NCBI GenBank assembly: GCA_902777205.1
Contig: CACYSU010000005.1
Location: 9,362 to 73,361 of the forward strand
Reading direction: 5' to 3'
Length of the DNA stretch: 64,000 bases
From: an uncultured Rhodospirillales bacterium
GTDB taxonomy: Bacteria > Pseudomonadota > Alphaproteobacteria > CAAGCB01 > CAG-977
Positions 46,971-57,700 of the stretch are shown here, in pieces (the stretch's first letter is position 1; the number at the start of each line of letters is the position of its first letter). The translations under genes and the position numbers were made by a program. Below the pieces are notes generated by a model that ran no database searches, was not told where the DNA came from, and saw only the letters and a program-made list of their open reading frames with translations.

Positions 46971-49079
46971 TTAACCGTTGTCCAAAAACGAACGCAGTTT
47001 GCGCGACCGGCTGGGGTGTTTCAGCTTGCGCAACGCTTTCGCTTCGATCTGGCGGATGCGTTCGCGCGTGACGGAAAACTGCTGTCCGACCTCTTCCAGC
47101 GTGTGGTCGGTGTTCATGCCGATGCCGAAACGCATACGCAGCACGCGTTCTTCGCGCGGGGTCAGGCTGGACAGCACCGCCGTGCAGGTTTGGCGCAGGT
47201 TGGTTTGGATCGCGGCGTCCAAAGGCTGGACGACGTTGCGGTCTTCGATGAAATCGCCCAGATGGCTGTCTTCCTCGTCGCCGACGGGGGTTTCCAGCGA
47301 AATCGGTTCTTTGGCGATTTTCAAGACTTTGCGGACTTTTTCCAAAGGCATGGTCAGCTTTTCGGCCAATTCTTCGGGCGTGGGTTCGCGGCCGATTTCG
47401 TGCAGCATCTGGCGGCTGGTGCGCACCAGTTTGTTGATCGTTTCGATCATATGCACCGGAATGCGGATCGTGCGCGCCTGATCGGCGATCGAACGCGTGA
47501 TCGCCTGACGGATCCACCATGTCGCGTAGGTCGAAAATTTGTATCCGCGGCGGTATTCAAATTTGTCCACCGCTTTCATCAATCCGATGTTGCCTTCCTG
47601 AATCAGATCCAAGAACTGCAGGCCGCGGTTGGTGTATTTTTTCGCGATCGAAATCACCAGACGCAGGTTGGCTTCGATCATTTCCTTTTTCGCGCGGCTG
47701 GATTCCTGTTCGCCCTTTTTCACCATGGAACAAACGCGGCGGTATTCAAAGATCGGCATTCCGATCTCTTCGGCCATCGCGGTGACGGCGCCTTGGATTT
47801 CGGCGATTTCCTTGGCGTATTTTTCCGTAAAGGTTTTCCACGCCTTGCCGGTCGTTTTCTGAATCCAGTTGGGATCGAATTCGGACGTTTTGTACGCTTC
47901 CAGAAAATCCTCGCGCTTGATGCGGCAGCTGACGGCCATGCGCAGCATTTTGCCTTCCAAAGTCATCAGGCGTTTGTTGTATTCGTTCAGCTGGTCAACC
48001 AGTTTTTCGATGCGCACGGGGTTCAGCTGAATCCCCTCCATCAGGGAAACCAGTTCCTGCTTGATCTTTTCAAATTTCTTTTCGGTGGCGGCGGGGACGG
48101 GCTTGGCCGATTTGACGCACGCCAGCCGCTGATCCTGAACCTTTTTCAATTTCTGGTGCAGGGAGAGAATCTGGTCGAACTGTTCCAACACCTGCGGCAT
48201 CAGGGACTGTTCCATCTGCGCCAGAGAAACGGAGGGCGAATCGTCTTCGGCGGCGTCTTCGTCGTCGCCGTTTTCGCCGTCGCCGGATTCTTCGTCGTCA
48301 TCGTCGATGCCGTCGTCGAACCCTTCGTCGTCCTTGTCGTCGCCGGATTCGTCGGAATCGTCGAAATCCTCGCCGTTTTCGTCACCGGCGGATTCGCTGT
48401 CCTCTTCGTCGTAATCGTCGGCGTTTTCCTCTTCTTCAAAGGAATCGTCCTCTTTTTCGGGGGCGGCGGAGCTTTCCTCGGCCATGACGGCGGCGGACGG
48501 CATCGAAGTCGCCAGCGACAGCGCGGGGGCGTCCCCGTCTTCGTCGGAGCCGTACGTGGCGTCCAGATCAATAATGTCGCGCAGCAGCATTTTGCCGGAA
48601 ATCAAGGCGTTGTGCCAACCGCTCAACGCTTTGATGGTCAGCGCGCTTTCGCACAAACCGCCGATCATCAAATCGCGTCCGGCCTCGATGCGTTTGGCGA
48701 TGGCGATTTCGCCTTCGCGGGACAGCAGTTCGACCGCGCCCATTTCGCGCAGGTACATCCGGACGGGGTCGTCGGTGCGCGACGTTTCCACTTCGTCCAG
48801 CTTGAAACCCTCGTCCTCTCCGGTTTCGGGGGCTTCCTCCTCGGTTTCGTCGTTTTCGATCAGGTTGATGCCCATGTCGGAAATCATGGCCATGACGTCT
48901 TCGATCTGTTCGGACGATTCCTTTTCGGGCGGCAGGGCGCCGTTCAATTCGTCAACGGTGATGTATCCGCGACTTTTTCCCTTGTTCAACAGCTTTTTCA
49001 ACGAAGCGCTGAGCGTGTCCAGCAAAGCGTCTTCCGAGTTTTCCGCCGGATTGATGTCTTCTTCGGTCGAAGTATTCAT
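46971..49079 (-). CDS. rpoD: RNA polymerase sigma factor RpoD (sigma-70)
   Basis: Regions 1.1 through 4.2 are present (e.g. the [18 protein letters not shown] region 2.4), with an acidic non-conserved insert. It is 702 aa. Confidence 0.97.
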   Translation of the reverse strand: MNTSTEEDINPAENSEDALLDTLSASLKKLLNKGKSRGYITVDELNGALPPEKESSEQIEDVMAMISDMGINLIENDETEEEAPETGEDEGFKLDEVETSRTDDPVRMYLREMGAVELLSREGEIAIAKRIEAGRDLMIGGLCESALTIKALSGWHNALISGKMLLRDIIDLDATYGSDEDGDAPALSLATSMPSAAVMAEESSAAPEKEDDSFEEEENADDYDEEDSESAGDENGEDFDDSDESGDDKDDEGFDDGIDDDDEESGDGENGDDEDAAEDDSPSVSLAQMEQSLMPQVLEQFDQILSLHQKLKKVQDQRLACVKSAKPVPAATEKKFEKIKQELVSLMEGIQLNPVRIEKLVDQLNEYNKRLMTLEGKMLRMAVSCRIKREDFLEAYKTSEFDPNWIQKTTGKAWKTFTEKYAKEIAEIQGAVTAMAEEIGMPIFEYRRVCSMVKKGEQESSRAKKEMIEANLRLVISIAKKYTNRGLQFLDLIQEGNIGLMKAVDKFEYRRGYKFSTYATWWIRQAITRSIADQARTIRIPVHMIETINKLVRTSRQMLHEIGREPTPEELAEKLTMPLEKVRKVLKIAKEPISLETPVGDEEDSHLGDFIEDRNVVQPLDAAIQTNLRQTCTAVLSSLTPREERVLRMRFGIGMNTDHTLEEVGQQFSVTRERIRQIEAKALRKLKHPSRSRKLRSFLDNG

Positions 49080-49207
49080 ATAAATTCGCCTTTACCTCTG
49101 TTGCGAAAAAACGCACACGAAAAACCGCCGGAAACAATCCGGTGATCTTGCACTTTTTAGTTTTTTGCCAACCGTTTGTCAACCTTTAAATAATAAGGCG
49201 ACATCCG

Positions 49208-51010
49208 TTATGCAAGCCCCTTTTCCTCTTTCAGCAGATTTTGATACCGCTGCCACAGTTTTTCCGCCTCTTCGTCGTCGGCGTCCGCGATTTTTTCCGC
49301 CAGCCGCAACAGCTCGGCGCGCAGGTTTTTGCGCCGCATTCCGGACAGCAGGGCGGCGATGTTTTCCCGCGCGTCCTGCGGCAGGGGGGATTTGCGTTTC
49401 AGCATTTCGATTTCCGTCGCCAGCCGGTCGTAAACGCCGGCGCGGCCGGTGGCGGACAAATGTTCACGCAGCCGGTCGGCTGTCACGTCGGGATCGGCGG
49501 CCAGCGCGTCCAAAACGGCGGCCAGCGCTTCGTCCTGTCCGGTCAGAGGGGCTTGCCAATCGGCCAGATCCTCCAGAAAATCGGCGGCGACATCCGGATA
49601 CAGCAATAAATAGGCCAGCAGCATCCGCGTGTCGTCGCGTTCGGGCGCCAGCGCGGGGTGGTTGACGGGGACGGCCGTTTTCGCGGCGCCGCGTTTGCGG
49701 TCGAAACCGGTCGGGGCGGCGTTTTTGGCTTTGTTTTTATAGGGCGAGGTGATTTCCCACAGCGCGGATTTGAAATCCTGCCGGTAAAATCCCTGAACGG
49801 TCGGGTCTTTGATTTTTTCCAGACATTCTTCAATGTCTTTGCTTAGTCCCGCTTTGCGTTCCGGCGTGTCCAGCGGCCGGTTCGCCAGCAGCATCCCCCA
49901 CAGCTGTTTGAACAGCGGGCGGTACTGCGTTTTTAAAAACTCCTCCAGCGACGCTTTGCCGTGTTCCTTGATGTATTCGTCGGGGTCGAGGTCGTCGGGC
50001 AGGGTGATGAACCGCAGCGACCGTCCGGCCGTCAGCAGGGGCAGAACCCTGTCCGCGGCGCGCGCGGCCGCCCGCTGCCCCGCGCCGTCGCCGTCGAAAC
50101 AGCACAGCGGTTCCGGCGCGTAACGCCACAGCAGTTCGATCTGCCGTTCCGTCAGCGCCGTCCCCAGCGGCGCGACCGCCCGTTCGATGCCGGCCTGCGC
50201 CATGGCGATAACGTCCATGTATCCTTCGACAACGATGATTTCCTGCATTTTCCGCGCCTGCTGCGCCGACAGGTGCAGGGCGTAGAGGTTGTCGCCCTTT
50301 GAAAACACGGGAGTGTCGGGGGAATTGAGGTATTTCGGTTCGCCGTCGTCCATGACGCGGCCGCCGAACGCGATGATTTTGCCCCGCCTGTCCGCGATCG
50401 GGAACATGACGCGGTTGCGGAAATAATCGTAAAGCGATCCGTCGCGTTCCGATTTCATCGCCAGTCCGGCTTCGATCAAAACGTTCGTGTCGAATCCTTC
50501 GCGCGTCAGGTGCGCTTTCAACGCGTTGCCCGACGGTGCGAACCCCAGCCGGAACCGTTTGACGGTTTCGGGCGTCAATCCGCGGCGCTGCAGATAGAAC
50601 AGCCCCTCGCGCCCCGCCGGTTTTTCCAGCTGTTCCTCGTAAAATTTGCAGGCGGCCTCCAACGCTTCGGACAGCCCGCTTTTTTTGCGTTCGCGCTCGT
50701 ATTCCTGCGGCGTCGCCTGCGGGATGTCCATGCCCGCGCGCCGCGCCAGATATTCGACGGATTCGGGAAAAGTCATTCCCAAAATCTTTTGGGCGAAATC
50801 GAAAACGCTGCCGTGCGCGCCGCATCCGAAACAGTGGTAGTATTCCTTTTCATCGCTGACGGAAAAAGACGCCGTTTTTTCATGATGAAAAGGGCAGCAT
50901 CCCCAAAATTCGTTCCCGCGCCGCTTCAGCTTGACGCTTTCGGCGACAAGGCTGACGATCGACGTTCGGGAACGGACTTCCTGAATAAAGGATTGGGGAA
51001 ATACCGGCAT
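49208..51010 (-). CDS. dnaG: DNA primase
   Basis: Zn-ribbon (CCPFHHEKTASFSV...CFGCGAHG), a Toprim domain (EGYMDVIAMAQAG), and a C-terminal DnaB-interaction domain. Confidence 0.95.
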   Translation of the reverse strand: MPVFPQSFIQEVRSRTSIVSLVAESVKLKRRGNEFWGCCPFHHEKTASFSVSDEKEYYHCFGCGAHGSVFDFAQKILGMTFPESVEYLARRAGMDIPQATPQEYERERKKSGLSEALEAACKFYEEQLEKPAGREGLFYLQRRGLTPETVKRFRLGFAPSGNALKAHLTREGFDTNVLIEAGLAMKSERDGSLYDYFRNRVMFPIADRRGKIIAFGGRVMDDGEPKYLNSPDTPVFSKGDNLYALHLSAQQARKMQEIIVVEGYMDVIAMAQAGIERAVAPLGTALTERQIELLWRYAPEPLCCFDGDGAGQRAAARAADRVLPLLTAGRSLRFITLPDDLDPDEYIKEHGKASLEEFLKTQYRPLFKQLWGMLLANRPLDTPERKAGLSKDIEECLEKIKDPTVQGFYRQDFKSALWEITSPYKNKAKNAAPTGFDRKRGAAKTAVPVNHPALAPERDDTRMLLAYLLLYPDVAADFLEDLADWQAPLTGQDEALAAVLDALAADPDVTADRLREHLSATGRAGVYDRLATEIEMLKRKSPLPQDARENIAALLSGMRRKNLRAELLRLAEKIADADDEEAEKLWQRYQNLLKEEKGLA

Positions 51011-51013
51011 TTT

Positions 51014-51493
51014 TTATTTGGCGGCCAGAATCGCTTTGACGACGCCGGACGCCAGACCGAAATCCATTTGGCCGGCGAATTGTTCGCGCAAAGCCGCCAT
51101 GACTTTGCCCATGTCCTTCAATCCCGCCGCGCCGGTCGATTTGACAACGTCCGCGACGCAGGCCTTGATTTCCTCTTCGTTCATCTGTTTGGGCAGGAAC
51201 GATTGGATGATGTCGATTTCGCCCTGTTCGCTGTCCACCAGATCCTGACGCCCGCCCTTGGTGTACATGGCGATGCTGTCCTTGCGCTGTTTGATCATGG
51301 ATTGCAGCAACTGCAAAATGTCGTCGTTGGAAATCAATCCGTCCTTGTTCGTGCCGCGGGACGCGATGTCGCGATCCTTTACCGCCGCCAAAATCAGGCG
51401 GATCGTCGAAATTTTGCGGCTGTCCTTTTCAATCATCGCTGTTTTCAAAGCGGCTTTCAGCTGTTCGCGCAACATGGTGTGTAACTCCTGCAA
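51014..51493 (-). CDS. GatB/YqeY-domain protein
   Basis: 159 aa with full YqeY-family similarity. It sits immediately upstream of dnaG, as is typical of alphaproteobacteria. The true start may be the internal MLREQL. Confidence 0.8.
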   Translation of the reverse strand: MQELHTMLREQLKAALKTAMIEKDSRKISTIRLILAAVKDRDIASRGTNKDGLISNDDILQLLQSMIKQRKDSIAMYTKGGRQDLVDSEQGEIDIIQSFLPKQMNEEEIKACVADVVKSTGAAGLKDMGKVMAALREQFAGQMDFGLASGVVKAILAAK

Positions 51494-51666
51494 TTAAACT
51501 TTTGCCATAAAACACCGTTTTTCCGTTTTTGGCAAGCTGATGTTTTTTATATCTCTTGAAGAAAAGAAACAACATCTGTATTATACACGTCGGAAAAGAG
51601 TGCGGCTTTTCCGGCGAACCGGCCGGAAAGGTTGTTTTTTTGTTATTTGGAAAGGATGTCGGTCGA

Positions 51667-52128
51667 ATGCAGAAAGTACCCATGACCAAAAGAGGCGCCG
51701 AACGCCTGCAAAAGGAATTGAACAACCTGAAAAACGTCGAACGCCCCGCCATTATCGCGGCGATCGCCGAAGCGCGCGAACACGGCGATTTGTCCGAAAA
51801 CGCGGAATACCACGCCGCCCGCGAAAAACAGAGCTTTATCGAAGGGCGTATTCAGGAATTGGAATACGCGGTTTCCTGCGCGGAAATCATTGACACGGCC
51901 GCTTTGAAAAACGACGAAATCGTTTTCGGCGCGACCGTCGTTTTGATGAACGAGGACACCGAAGAGGAAAAAACGTACCAGATCGTCGGAAAATACGAAG
52001 CCGATCTGGATCACGGGCTGATTTCCGTCCTGTCGCCGATGGCGCGCGCCTTGATCGGCAAATCCGAAGGCGACAGCGTCGAAATCGCGGCCAAATCCTA
52101 TGAAATTCTGGAAGTGAAGTACGTCTGA
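51667..52128 (+). CDS. greA: Transcription elongation factor GreA
   Basis: [21 protein letters not shown]...[25 protein letters not shown]. The ORF-track start at 51556 is an upstream extension. Confidence 0.9.
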   Translation: MQKVPMTKRGAERLQKELNNLKNVERPAIIAAIAEAREHGDLSENAEYHAAREKQSFIEGRIQELEYAVSCAEIIDTAALKNDEIVFGATVVLMNEDTEEEKTYQIVGKYEADLDHGLISVLSPMARALIGKSEGDSVEIAAKSYEILEVKYV

Positions 52129-52130
52129 GC

Positions 52131-52595
52131 ATGACCGCCGAAAGAACCGAACTGACAGCCGGCGCGCTGGCGTTTTTCGCCGCGGTCGTCTGCTTTTGCC
52201 TGATCGGATCGGGCGCCGTGCGCAAACCTGCGGAAACCTATGACGTGCAGGCGCGCTTCAACCAGACCGAAGGGCTGGCCGCCGGCGACGACGTCCGTTT
52301 GGCGGGCATCAAGGTCGGACGGATCGCCGATTTGCGGCTGGACGACTATTACGGCGTCGTGGCGACGCTGACCCTGCCGGCGAAAATCCGTTTGCCGGAC
52401 GACAGCGGCGCCGCCGTTCAATCGACGGGGCTGGTCGGGGCAAAATATGTCGAATTGACCCCCGGCGGTTCCGAAGATATGCTGACGGACGGTTCTTTTA
52501 TCGAATTCACGCAGGATTCGCCGAACCTGCAAAACCTGTTGGACAAGGTCGTCGATATGGCCAAGGCCGACAGGCAGAAACGGAAATGTCACTGA
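52131..52595 (+). CDS. MlaD-like MCE-domain protein (paralog 1)
   Basis: Single N-terminal TM, then an MCE domain (YDVQARFNQTEGLAAGDDVRLAGIKVGRIADL). Confidence 0.65.
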   Translation: MTAERTELTAGALAFFAAVVCFCLIGSGAVRKPAETYDVQARFNQTEGLAAGDDVRLAGIKVGRIADLRLDDYYGVVATLTLPAKIRLPDDSGAAVQSTGLVGAKYVELTPGGSEDMLTDGSFIEFTQDSPNLQNLLDKVVDMAKADRQKRKCH

Positions 52596-52610
52596 TCACG
52601 GCGGAGGGAT

Positions 52611-53063
52611 ATGATGAAAAAAAGTCCGATTGAAACGGTTTTGGGAATTCTGGTTATTCTGGTGGCCGTGTTTTTCGTTCACTTCGCCGCGAACAAAATC
52701 GACGCGCGGCCGCAGCGCGGTTACGAACTGACCGCCGAATTTTCGCGTTCCGGCGGATTGGAAAGCGGCAACGACATCCGGATCAGCGGAATCAAGGTCG
52801 GGTCGGTCACGGGGTTGGATCTGACGGACGATTACACGGCCAAGGTGACGCTGAACATCCGCAACGGCGTGCGTCTGCCGGTTGACACGGCGGCGGCCGT
52901 GACGACGGACGGGTTGATGGGCGGGACGTTCGTCCAGCTGACCCCCGGAAAATCGGCGTCGTACCTGAAAGACGGCGACCGCATCCAAAAAACGAAAGAC
53001 TTCCGTTCGCTGGAGGACGTGATCAGCGAAGTGATCTTTTTAGCCACCGGAAAAGAAGATTGA
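52611..53063 (+). CDS. MlaD-like MCE-domain protein (paralog 2)
   Basis: Single TM plus an MCE domain (YELTAEFSRSGGLESGNDIRISGIKVGSVTGL), colinear with the preceding gene. Confidence 0.65.
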   Translation: MMKKSPIETVLGILVILVAVFFVHFAANKIDARPQRGYELTAEFSRSGGLESGNDIRISGIKVGSVTGLDLTDDYTAKVTLNIRNGVRLPVDTAAAVTTDGLMGGTFVQLTPGKSASYLKDGDRIQKTKDFRSLEDVISEVIFLATGKED

Positions 53064-53067
53064 TCCC

Positions 53068-53946
53068 ATGAAAAAAACATTGCCGGCTTTCGCCCTGTCG
53101 CTTTTTCTGCCTTTCGCCGCACAGGCCGAGGACATTTCCTATACCCAAGTCGTCCTGCGCGGATTGGACAAGATCACGGGGCGGTTGAGCACGATGACCG
53201 TCAACGTCGGTGAAAAAACGACGTTCGGCGCGCTGGATGTTTACGCGCGCGTCTGTTACGCCCACCCGCCCGAAGAAACGCCCGAAAACGCGGCTTTTCT
53301 GGAAATCGTCGAAAATAAAGAGGACGGACAGCTGAAACTGTTTTCGGGGTGGATGTTTTCTTCGTCGCCGGCTTTGTCCGCCATGGATCACGCCGTTTAC
53401 GACGTTTGGGTGATGAAATGTCAGGGCGAACAGGCCGCGCCGCCCGTTCCCGAACCGCTGGTTCTGGACAGGCCGCTGGAATACAAACCCGTCGCGCCGA
53501 AACTGAAAATCACATGGGACGAGGAAAGCCAGACCGTCACCGATCTGCCCGAATTGCAGCCGGACGAGGAAAAGCCCGTCGATCCGGAAGCCGCCGAATC
53601 CGCGGAAACCGCCGCGCCGGAAAACGAACCGGTCGTCATTCGCGTCGAACAAAGCCGGACGGACGAGGAAAACGCCGAACCGCAGGAATTTAAGCTGACG
53701 CCGATTTCCGAACCGGTCGAAACGCCGGCGGACGAATCCGCTGAAACTTCGGAAAGCGCAGATGTTCAGGGAGAGGCGGAACACGTTGATCAAAGCGGTG
53801 ACGAATCAACCGCCCCCGTTGAAGAGCCTGTTGAACAGCCGCTTGTTCAGGAACAAAACGAACCGGCGGCAAGTGAAGAAAATACGGCGACCGAAGACGG
53901 CACGCCGGTTGAAGAGGAAGCTTTCGACGAAGACGCGGCGGATTGA
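53068..53946 (+). CDS. DUF2155-domain periplasmic protein with an acidic C-terminal tail
   Basis: Signal peptide MKKTLPAFALSLFLPFAAQA. The N-terminal 120 aa match the DUF2155 pattern (VVLRGLDKITGR...AFLEI), which is usually adjacent to mlaD in alphaproteobacteria. A 150-aa Glu/Pro-rich low-complexity tail follows. Confidence 0.55.
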   Translation: MKKTLPAFALSLFLPFAAQAEDISYTQVVLRGLDKITGRLSTMTVNVGEKTTFGALDVYARVCYAHPPEETPENAAFLEIVENKEDGQLKLFSGWMFSSSPALSAMDHAVYDVWVMKCQGEQAAPPVPEPLVLDRPLEYKPVAPKLKITWDEESQTVTDLPELQPDEEKPVDPEAAESAETAAPENEPVVIRVEQSRTDEENAEPQEFKLTPISEPVETPADESAETSESADVQGEAEHVDQSGDESTAPVEEPVEQPLVQEQNEPAASEENTATEDGTPVEEEAFDEDAAD

Positions 53947-54023
53947 TCCGCACGGCGCGAAAACAACCCGCATCCCCCGTCCGGTTCGCGCCGTTCGGGG
54001 GATCGCTTTCAAAAGAGGAAAAT

Positions 54024-55199
54024 ATGACGAACAAACGGAATTCGGCCAATTTCATATTTGTGCTGCTGGGGTTGCTGACGGCGTTCGGGCCGTTTGTGAC
54101 GGATATGTATCTGCCCGCTTTGCCGGTGATGACAAAGTATTTCGACACGGACGTTTCCATGGTTCAGCTGGGGCTGACATCGTCCATGCTGGGATTGGCG
54201 ATCGGCCAGCTGTTTTTCGGGCCTTTGAGCGACCGTGTCGGGCGTCGCCGTCCGCTGTTGTGGGCGATGGCCGTTTTTATCGTTTCGACGGCCGGATGCA
54301 TCGCCGCGCCGGACATTCAAACCTTTGTCGCCCTGCGTTTTCTGCAAGGGGCGGCCGCGTCGGGCGGCATCGTCATCGCGCGGTCGATCGCGACGGATAA
54401 GTTTAAAAGCAAAAATCTGGCCAAAGCGTTGGCGATCGTCGGGGCGATCAACGGCATGGCGCCGATCGCCGCGCCCGTCATCGGCGGCATGGTGTTGAAA
54501 CCTGTCGGCTGGCAGGGGATTTTCGTCATCCTGCTGGGCATCGGAATCGTGCTGGCGGTATTCTGCCTGTTTTTCAAGGAAAGCCTATCCACTCAGCGCC
54601 GGTCGAAAGAAAAGCCGAGCCGGTCGTTCAAGCTGTTCGCGGCGGTTTTGAAAAACAGAAAATTCGTGTGCTATATGGCCGAACTGTCGTTCGCGCTGGC
54701 GATCCTGTTTTCCTATATCGCGTCGTCGCCGTTCATTATTCAGGAACATTACGGGTTTTCTCCGCGCGCTTTCAGCTTTTTCTTTGCCGCGAACGCCGTC
54801 GCGATCGGGATCGGCGCAGGCGTTTCCGTCAAATTCAAATCGCCTTTGTCGTGCCTGACGGCCAGCTGCGCGGGCGTCGCGCCGTGCTGTTTCGCTCTGG
54901 CCGTTTTGATGCCGGCCGGAATTCCCGTCGCCGCGTATGAAACTCTGCTGTTTGTTTTGTGCTTTTCCCTCGGATTGTCGTTCACGGCGGCGACCGCGGC
55001 GGCGATGGACGCCGAACGGACGTATTCGGGGACGGCCTCGGCGGTTATGGGGGCGGCCGGATTTTTGCTGGGCGGCGTCGTGTCGCCGCTGGTCGGTTTG
55101 GGAAACATTCTGATATGCGGCGGGGCGGTTATGTCCGTGTTCGCCGTTTTAACCGTTTTGACTGTGATCATAGCCAAACGGATGGGGCAAGGGCTGTAA
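54024..55199 (+). CDS. MFS transporter, Bcr/CflA drug-resistance subfamily
   Basis: The real start is MTNKRN at 54024 (AGAGGAAAAT RBS). 12 TM helices, with the TDMYLPALP and GPLSDRVGRRRP MFS motifs. Confidence 0.85.
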   Translation: MTNKRNSANFIFVLLGLLTAFGPFVTDMYLPALPVMTKYFDTDVSMVQLGLTSSMLGLAIGQLFFGPLSDRVGRRRPLLWAMAVFIVSTAGCIAAPDIQTFVALRFLQGAAASGGIVIARSIATDKFKSKNLAKALAIVGAINGMAPIAAPVIGGMVLKPVGWQGIFVILLGIGIVLAVFCLFFKESLSTQRRSKEKPSRSFKLFAAVLKNRKFVCYMAELSFALAILFSYIASSPFIIQEHYGFSPRAFSFFFAANAVAIGIGAGVSVKFKSPLSCLTASCAGVAPCCFALAVLMPAGIPVAAYETLLFVLCFSLGLSFTAATAAAMDAERTYSGTASAVMGAAGFLLGGVVSPLVGLGNILICGGAVMSVFAVLTVLTVIIAKRMGQGL

Positions 55200-56075
55200 T
55201 TACTTCGCAGCGTCCTTGAACATGGCGACGGCGTTTTGTTTCCGGATCGGGTCGGAAACGACGATGCCGCCCATGTTGAAACCGTCCTTGGTGACAAAGC
55301 GGTGCTGCAGTTCGCGCAAACGGTGGCCGTAACGGTCGCGCAATTCCGCCGCGGCGGGTTGGACGTGGACGTTGTGCACGATGTCGGAACAGTAAACCCA
55401 GCTGGCGATCGGGAACAGAAACGCGGAACACAGGATGTCGCACAGCTGCAATCCGGCCAGATTGTTGCTGTGTCCGAAACACGGCATTTCGACGATGTTT
55501 TGGTACAGCGGGTACAAATGGCGGAATTTCTGCGTGAAAACGGAATGTGACAGGTTGATGTTTTTCATGTAATCCCGACTGTCCGCGATGACGACGCCGT
55601 AATCCTGCTTTTGCTGCAAATAGTTGTCGAAATAGGTGTAGATGCTTTGGATCGACGACGTGTAAACCGCTTTGCCGTTAAAAGGCTGGCCGGGGATTTT
55701 CACCCAGATGCGGCCGACGATGCGGATGTCGTATTTGTAAAACAGATCGACAATCCTGTCCAGAAAACCGATGGCGTGACGTTTGATCCGTTTGCTGCCG
55801 CGCATGGCGTTGCGGCGCAGGTCGGCGCCTTTGATTTCAGGGATGATGCGGTCAAGGAATTTGTCCGTCGGATAGTTCAATCCGGGGTAGTAACGGTATT
55901 TCAGCTTGATGAAATCGTGCGTCAGATTGTACAAATCCTCGTGATCGGCGAAAATGCCCGCGATCGCCAAAACGGGCTGGTGGTTGCCGTCGGGATTGGA
56001 TTCGACGGGCAGGGTGCCCAAATCGCCGGATTCGTCAATGTAGCAGATTTTGACCAAGACACGCTCCGAATACAA
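55200..56075 (-). CDS. DUF3800-family protein
   Basis: The N-terminal KICYIDESGD matches the DUF3800 signature (a conserved DES near the N-terminus). I recognise no other motif. The ORF-track start at 56075 is a TTG. A second TTG at 56057 has GGAG 6 nt upstream. Its stop abuts the MFS stop convergently. Confidence 0.5.
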   Translation of the reverse strand: MYSERVLVKICYIDESGDLGTLPVESNPDGNHQPVLAIAGIFADHEDLYNLTHDFIKLKYRYYPGLNYPTDKFLDRIIPEIKGADLRRNAMRGSKRIKRHAIGFLDRIVDLFYKYDIRIVGRIWVKIPGQPFNGKAVYTSSIQSIYTYFDNYLQQKQDYGVVIADSRDYMKNINLSHSVFTQKFRHLYPLYQNIVEMPCFGHSNNLAGLQLCDILCSAFLFPIASWVYCSDIVHNVHVQPAAAELRDRYGHRLRELQHRFVTKDGFNMGGIVVSDPIRKQNAVAMFKDAAK

Positions 56076-56326
56076 CTAAGGCCACCGAATGGTGACCTCA
56101 GGATTTGCAGCCGTTAACAGGACTGCTGAAAAATTACAAAGCCAACCATAACAAATCCCGCCCGCCGTGTCAAATGAAAATGTATAAGCGGGAGGGGGCA
56201 CTGTCTTGGGTGCTTGGCGTGTTTGTTTATAAATACGTCGAAAAGCCCGCGGCCGCTTTTTTGAAAAGAAAGTGGAAATGATCTTCACTTTTTCCGCTTG
56301 ACGCAAACAACGCGGGCGGAAAACGG

Positions 56327-57661
56327 TCACGGCCGATCGGTCGGTTCGGCGGTTTCGGAAGCGGGAGAGGGCGTTGCGGCCGCGGCGGAATGGGCGGATG
56401 CGGCCGGCTGCGGGGCGAAGCTGGTCTGGAAAACGTTTTCCAATATGCCCTCGCGGTCTTCGTCCTTCGCTTTGCCTTCGGTTTCCAACGCCGCCAGCGT
56501 TTCCAGCATCGACACCTTTTCCTGCGCCTGCGCGGCGACCTTTTCATAGCGGGTGCGCGTCTGGAGCAGCATGAACAGCAATCCGCAGGCGATCGCGATC
56601 GGCAATCCCAGCGTGACGATGCTCATAAACGTCGAGATGTTCGGCATTTTGAACGAAATGCCCGCGACGATCGCCAAAACGGCCGTGATCGAAAACAGGC
56701 CGGAAATGACGTACCACCCCGTCATCTGGTTGGCTTTGGTTTGGTTTTGGTTCAGCTGGTCGTTCCAATAATCCAGCGCCGTGCCGTAACGGATGCGGCT
56801 GGCGACACTTTGACGCAAGGCGGCCAGCTGGCGTTCGTGGTCGTTTTGAATCAGGTTCAGCTGATCCCACATCGCGCCGACCGCGCTGTCCGACGTTTGT
56901 TTGATTTCAGCCACCAGCTGGGAAACGTATTGCGCGACATCGTTGCGGTACATCTGCAGCTGGCGGCGCGCCTCTTCGATCCCCTGCTGCAGGGCGAAGT
57001 GTTCGCTTTCGATCGGTTTGATCTGCTTTTCCGCCAATTCGACGCGGCGGATGATGCCGTTGATTTTGCGCAGGGTTTCCGACACTTTGCCGTCCAGCAT
57101 TTCCGGTTGGACATTTGTTCGGAACTGCAATGTGAAAGCGTACCCGAACGTGAAGCTTTCCGCGTCGGCCGACGTGCCGAAACCGGCCGCGTCCATCAGG
57201 GGCGCCGCGCCCGTCGCGCCGGCCAGAATGCCCATCAGCATCGGTTCGTAGCGGTACATGATCGTCGCCATCTGCCCCAGCGTGCCCTGCGAATGGATGC
57301 ACTTGAACCCCAGATAGGCGTTCAAATCCTTGCGGATAATGGAAAATCCCTCGGCCGCGGACATTTCCGTGTTCAAAACGGAACGGGCGGCGTTCAGGAT
57401 CGACCGCGGCGTTTGCAGCTGAAAGTCGATGATTTTCTGGATGAACGGTTTGTCGGACGTTTCCGATCCGATGATGTCGTGCCACGCTTTCAATTCGCCG
57501 GCGGCGAAAACGCCCGCTTCGTAAAACGAACGCAATTCGACCACGCCGCCGTTGTCGTCCAATTCGATGTGAATGGGAACGCCGAACGGGATGTCCCTTT
57601 CCCGATCAAGGGAAAAGTCCGCGGAAGCGGGGGCGGAATATGTTTCGTTTTGCGTGTTCAT
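56327..57661 (-). CDS. Hypothetical protein: N-terminal soluble domain, coiled-coil, C-terminal TM hairpin and an Ala/Pro-rich tail
   Basis: 444 aa. The ATG at 57661 has no clear Shine-Dalgarno sequence upstream; it lies 39 nt downstream of the GT2 gene. Two predicted TM helices (WYVISGLFSITAVLAIVAGISF, MSIVTLGLPIAIACGLLFMLL). I recognise no family. Confidence 0.45.
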   Translation of the reverse strand: MNTQNETYSAPASADFSLDRERDIPFGVPIHIELDDNGGVVELRSFYEAGVFAAGELKAWHDIIGSETSDKPFIQKIIDFQLQTPRSILNAARSVLNTEMSAAEGFSIIRKDLNAYLGFKCIHSQGTLGQMATIMYRYEPMLMGILAGATGAAPLMDAAGFGTSADAESFTFGYAFTLQFRTNVQPEMLDGKVSETLRKINGIIRRVELAEKQIKPIESEHFALQQGIEEARRQLQMYRNDVAQYVSQLVAEIKQTSDSAVGAMWDQLNLIQNDHERQLAALRQSVASRIRYGTALDYWNDQLNQNQTKANQMTGWYVISGLFSITAVLAIVAGISFKMPNISTFMSIVTLGLPIAIACGLLFMLLQTRTRYEKVAAQAQEKVSMLETLAALETEGKAKDEDREGILENVFQTSFAPQPAASAHSAAAATPSPASETAEPTDRP

Positions 57662-57700
57662 GGCTTTAGACTATGGCTTATATCGTTTGAAAAATCAACC

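Noticed and set aside
48200-48560. Low-complexity GAn/GAC-GAA repeats.
   Set aside because: They encode the acidic non-conserved insertion of RpoD ([25 protein letters not shown]). It is coding sequence, not a repeat element.
56076-56326. Possible small RNA or tRNA fragment, and a palindromic GCGGCCGC/CCGCGG cluster, between the DUF3800 gene and the 444-aa gene.
   Set aside because: No cloverleaf or T-loop motif was found. The palindromes are short and overlapping, so at best they form a weak terminator (56241-56262) for the upstream gene. I did not annotate it as a feature.
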